Positions 62,144-64,000 of a stretch of 64,000 nt of DNA are shown here, piece after piece. Positions within the stretch are counted from its first letter, which is position 1; each line of letters opens with the position of its first letter. This DNA is from Gracilinanus agilis (taxonomy: Eukaryota), in the NCBI RefSeq assembly GCF_016433145.1, contig NC_058133.1, positions 486,316,136-486,380,135 on the forward strand, in the 5' to 3' direction. Made by a program: the position numbers and the translations under genes. The notes beneath the pieces are model-generated. The model saw nothing but the letters and a program-made list of their open reading frames with translations. It was not told the DNA's origin and ran no database searches.

Positions 62144-63560
62144 AACAGAACCTTTTTGTGTTTCTCTTGAATTTTGTATTTGGGTTTTTTTTCTTCAGGG
62201 ATACTTGGTAATCTTCTATTTTATTAAATGATCATATTTTCTACTGAAAGAATATGTTCGGTTTTGATGAGTAGGTGATTCTTAGTTGTAAACCCAGTTC
62301 CCTTACCTTCCAGAATTTCATATTCCAAGTCTTCTGGTCCTTCAGTGTGGAAGCTGCCAGATCCTATGTAATCCTGACTGGGGCTCTGATATTTGAATTG
62401 TTTCTTTCTGGCTATTTACAGTGTTTTTTCCTTGGCCTGGGAGCCTTTGAATTTGGCAACAACATTCCTGGGACTTATCATTTGGGGATTTGTTGTGGGA
62501 GGCGGTCTGTGGATTCTTTCAGTCTATATTTTACCTTCTTGTTCAGCTATAAATTGTCTCTCCTTGATCTATTTTCCAGGTCAGTTATTTTTTCAATGAG
62601 GTATTTCATGTTTTCTTTTTCTTCATTCTCTTGTTTCTTGATGCCTCTTGTAGTCATTAGTTTCTATTTGCCTAGTTCTAATTTTTAAAGACAGAATTTC
62701 TTCCATGACCTTTTGATCCACCTTTTCCAGTTGATCCATTCTACTTTTCATGGCGCTCTTTTCTTTGTTGGATTTTTGTGCCTCTTTTTCCAGTTGACCG
62801 GTTTTGCATTTTAAGCTGTTTTCTTTTTGTAACACTTTCATTTCTTTTTCCCAGTTTTCTTCAACCTGTCTTATTTGATTTTTTGAATTCCTTTTTTGAG
62901 TTTTTCCAACACTTGTGACTAGTTTTAATTTTTCTTTGAGGTTTTGCATGTGGTTGTTTGGATCACATCATGCCCTATTGATTCTCTGCTTTGCTCTTTG
63001 TTGCCATAGAAATTTTCAAGACTTAGGAGTTTCTTGTGCTATTTGCTCATTTTCCCAGCCTTTTTTTGCCTGTGGACTGGAAATTCTGGAATCTACTAGT
63101 TCTGCCTTCTCTGTTGCTGGTTTGCAGGGCTCAGTCCTGTGGACTATTGTCTTCATCACAGCAGTGTAGGCTTGAAAGTGCCTGGCACTTTCAAATTCCA
63201 GGCCTCACTGTGGGCTGGTAACAGGGCTTGGGGCTTCAAGGGGTGGGTCTGAGGTGTTCTTTTGCTGGTATAGCCCAGGTCCCAGGATCCTAAAGTTGGC
63301 CTATGCCCAGTCAAGGAACTTGGCATAGTAGGTCAGAGGGTGGTTGGCTGGCACAGTGTGCAGTTTTGCATCCCAATTCCCCCTTATCCCATGAAAATCA
63401 ACTCTGCCTACCTTTCAAATTGTGTTCAGTGAGAGAGCCCCCTCACTCCATCATGCTATTGGTTTTTGACTAATGTCATTTTGAGGCTCTTTTTAAAGAT
63501 TGGTTTGGAAGGATAATATCAGTGTGGTTTCAGCTTTAGCTGCTACTAAGCCACCATCTT

Positions 63561-64000
63561 CAGGATCCTTTTATACTTAAAAATAATTGAGGACCCCAGA
63601 AAACTTTTTGTTTATATTATATCTCTCAATATTTGCCACATTTGAAATTTACACTGGTTCATCTTAAAAGTAATTATTATTTCATTAAAAAAAAAACCTT
63701 TTGTTACATGTTAACACAAGTAACATTTTTATGAAAATACCTTTTCAAAACAATTTTAGTGAGATGACTGTCATTGTTTTGCAGCATATTTTTGCATGGC
63801 TCTCTAGTGTCTGGCTTAAAAGAAGATAACTGAGCTATATTCTCCTATTCTCCTATCTGCTTCTGCATTCAGTCTTGCAGTGTGTTGTTTCAGTTAAAAT
63901 GTATGAAGAAAATCCAGCCTCACACATAATGTAGTTGGAAAAGGATGGAATTTTAATAGACAGCAAATAACTACTCAATAGTATTACGAAAATAGTTTAA
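63561..64000. mobile_element. Charlie1-like hAT transposon, continuation
   Basis: TTAAAAATAATTGAGGACCCC...ATCTGCTTCTGCATTCA...GAAGAAAATCCAGCCTCACAC resembles recalled Charlie1. Confidence 0.75.

Larger units (their letters stand above)
60096..63560 (-). mobile_element. L1: 5'UTR, ORF1, inter-ORF and ORF2 endonuclease start; 3'-truncated, with nested inserts
   Basis: Minus-strand MNVNGINSSIKW...ICCLQETHL...RVAIMISDK...TILVGDLN (AP-like endonuclease, 60100-60600); ORF1 coiled coil (ORF 62623..62949); 5' end AAGATGGTGGC at 63560. Confidence 0.9.

Overview
Eukaryotic, intron-rich genomic DNA from a marsupial, most likely a didelphid opossum (inferred from SINE1_Mdo-like and MAR1-like SINEs and marsupial L1). 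It is syntenic with human 17q11.2 and contains three genes. BLTP2/KIAA0100 (- strand) has coding exons 1-37 complete and exon 38 cut by the window start, about 2168 codons with no frame break. SDF2 (- strand) is complete: 3 exons, 219 aa. SUPT6H (+ strand) has a non-coding exon 1 plus coding exons 2-19 (828 codons) and continues past the window end. SDF2 and SUPT6H are head-to-head on a shared CpG-island promoter. I spliced the exons by hand and checked phases at every junction; ortholog and repeat-family names rely on my recollection of the human proteins and repeat consensuses, not on a search. I found no prokaryote-type system (CRISPR, operon etc.) and no convincing novel protein-coding gene. 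The most interesting non-standard signals are: (1) a solo LTR in SUPT6H intron 1 with CCAAT/octamer/ETS-CRE/TATA-like motifs and splice donors upstream of the ATG exon; (2) a hAT MITE carrying a near-consensus CTCF core inside a SINE; (3) a 5'-intact, 3'-truncated L1 with a target-site duplication and no polyA, nested in a Charlie-like element; (4) (GGGGCC)4 just upstream of the BLTP2 ATG; (5) an intragenic CpG island over BLTP2 exons 16-18; (6) a candidate 6-nt BLTP2 microexon; (7) a GC-AG intron; (8) a (UG)29 tract ending in a cryptic donor after SUPT6H exon 2; (9) a 7SL retrocopy.
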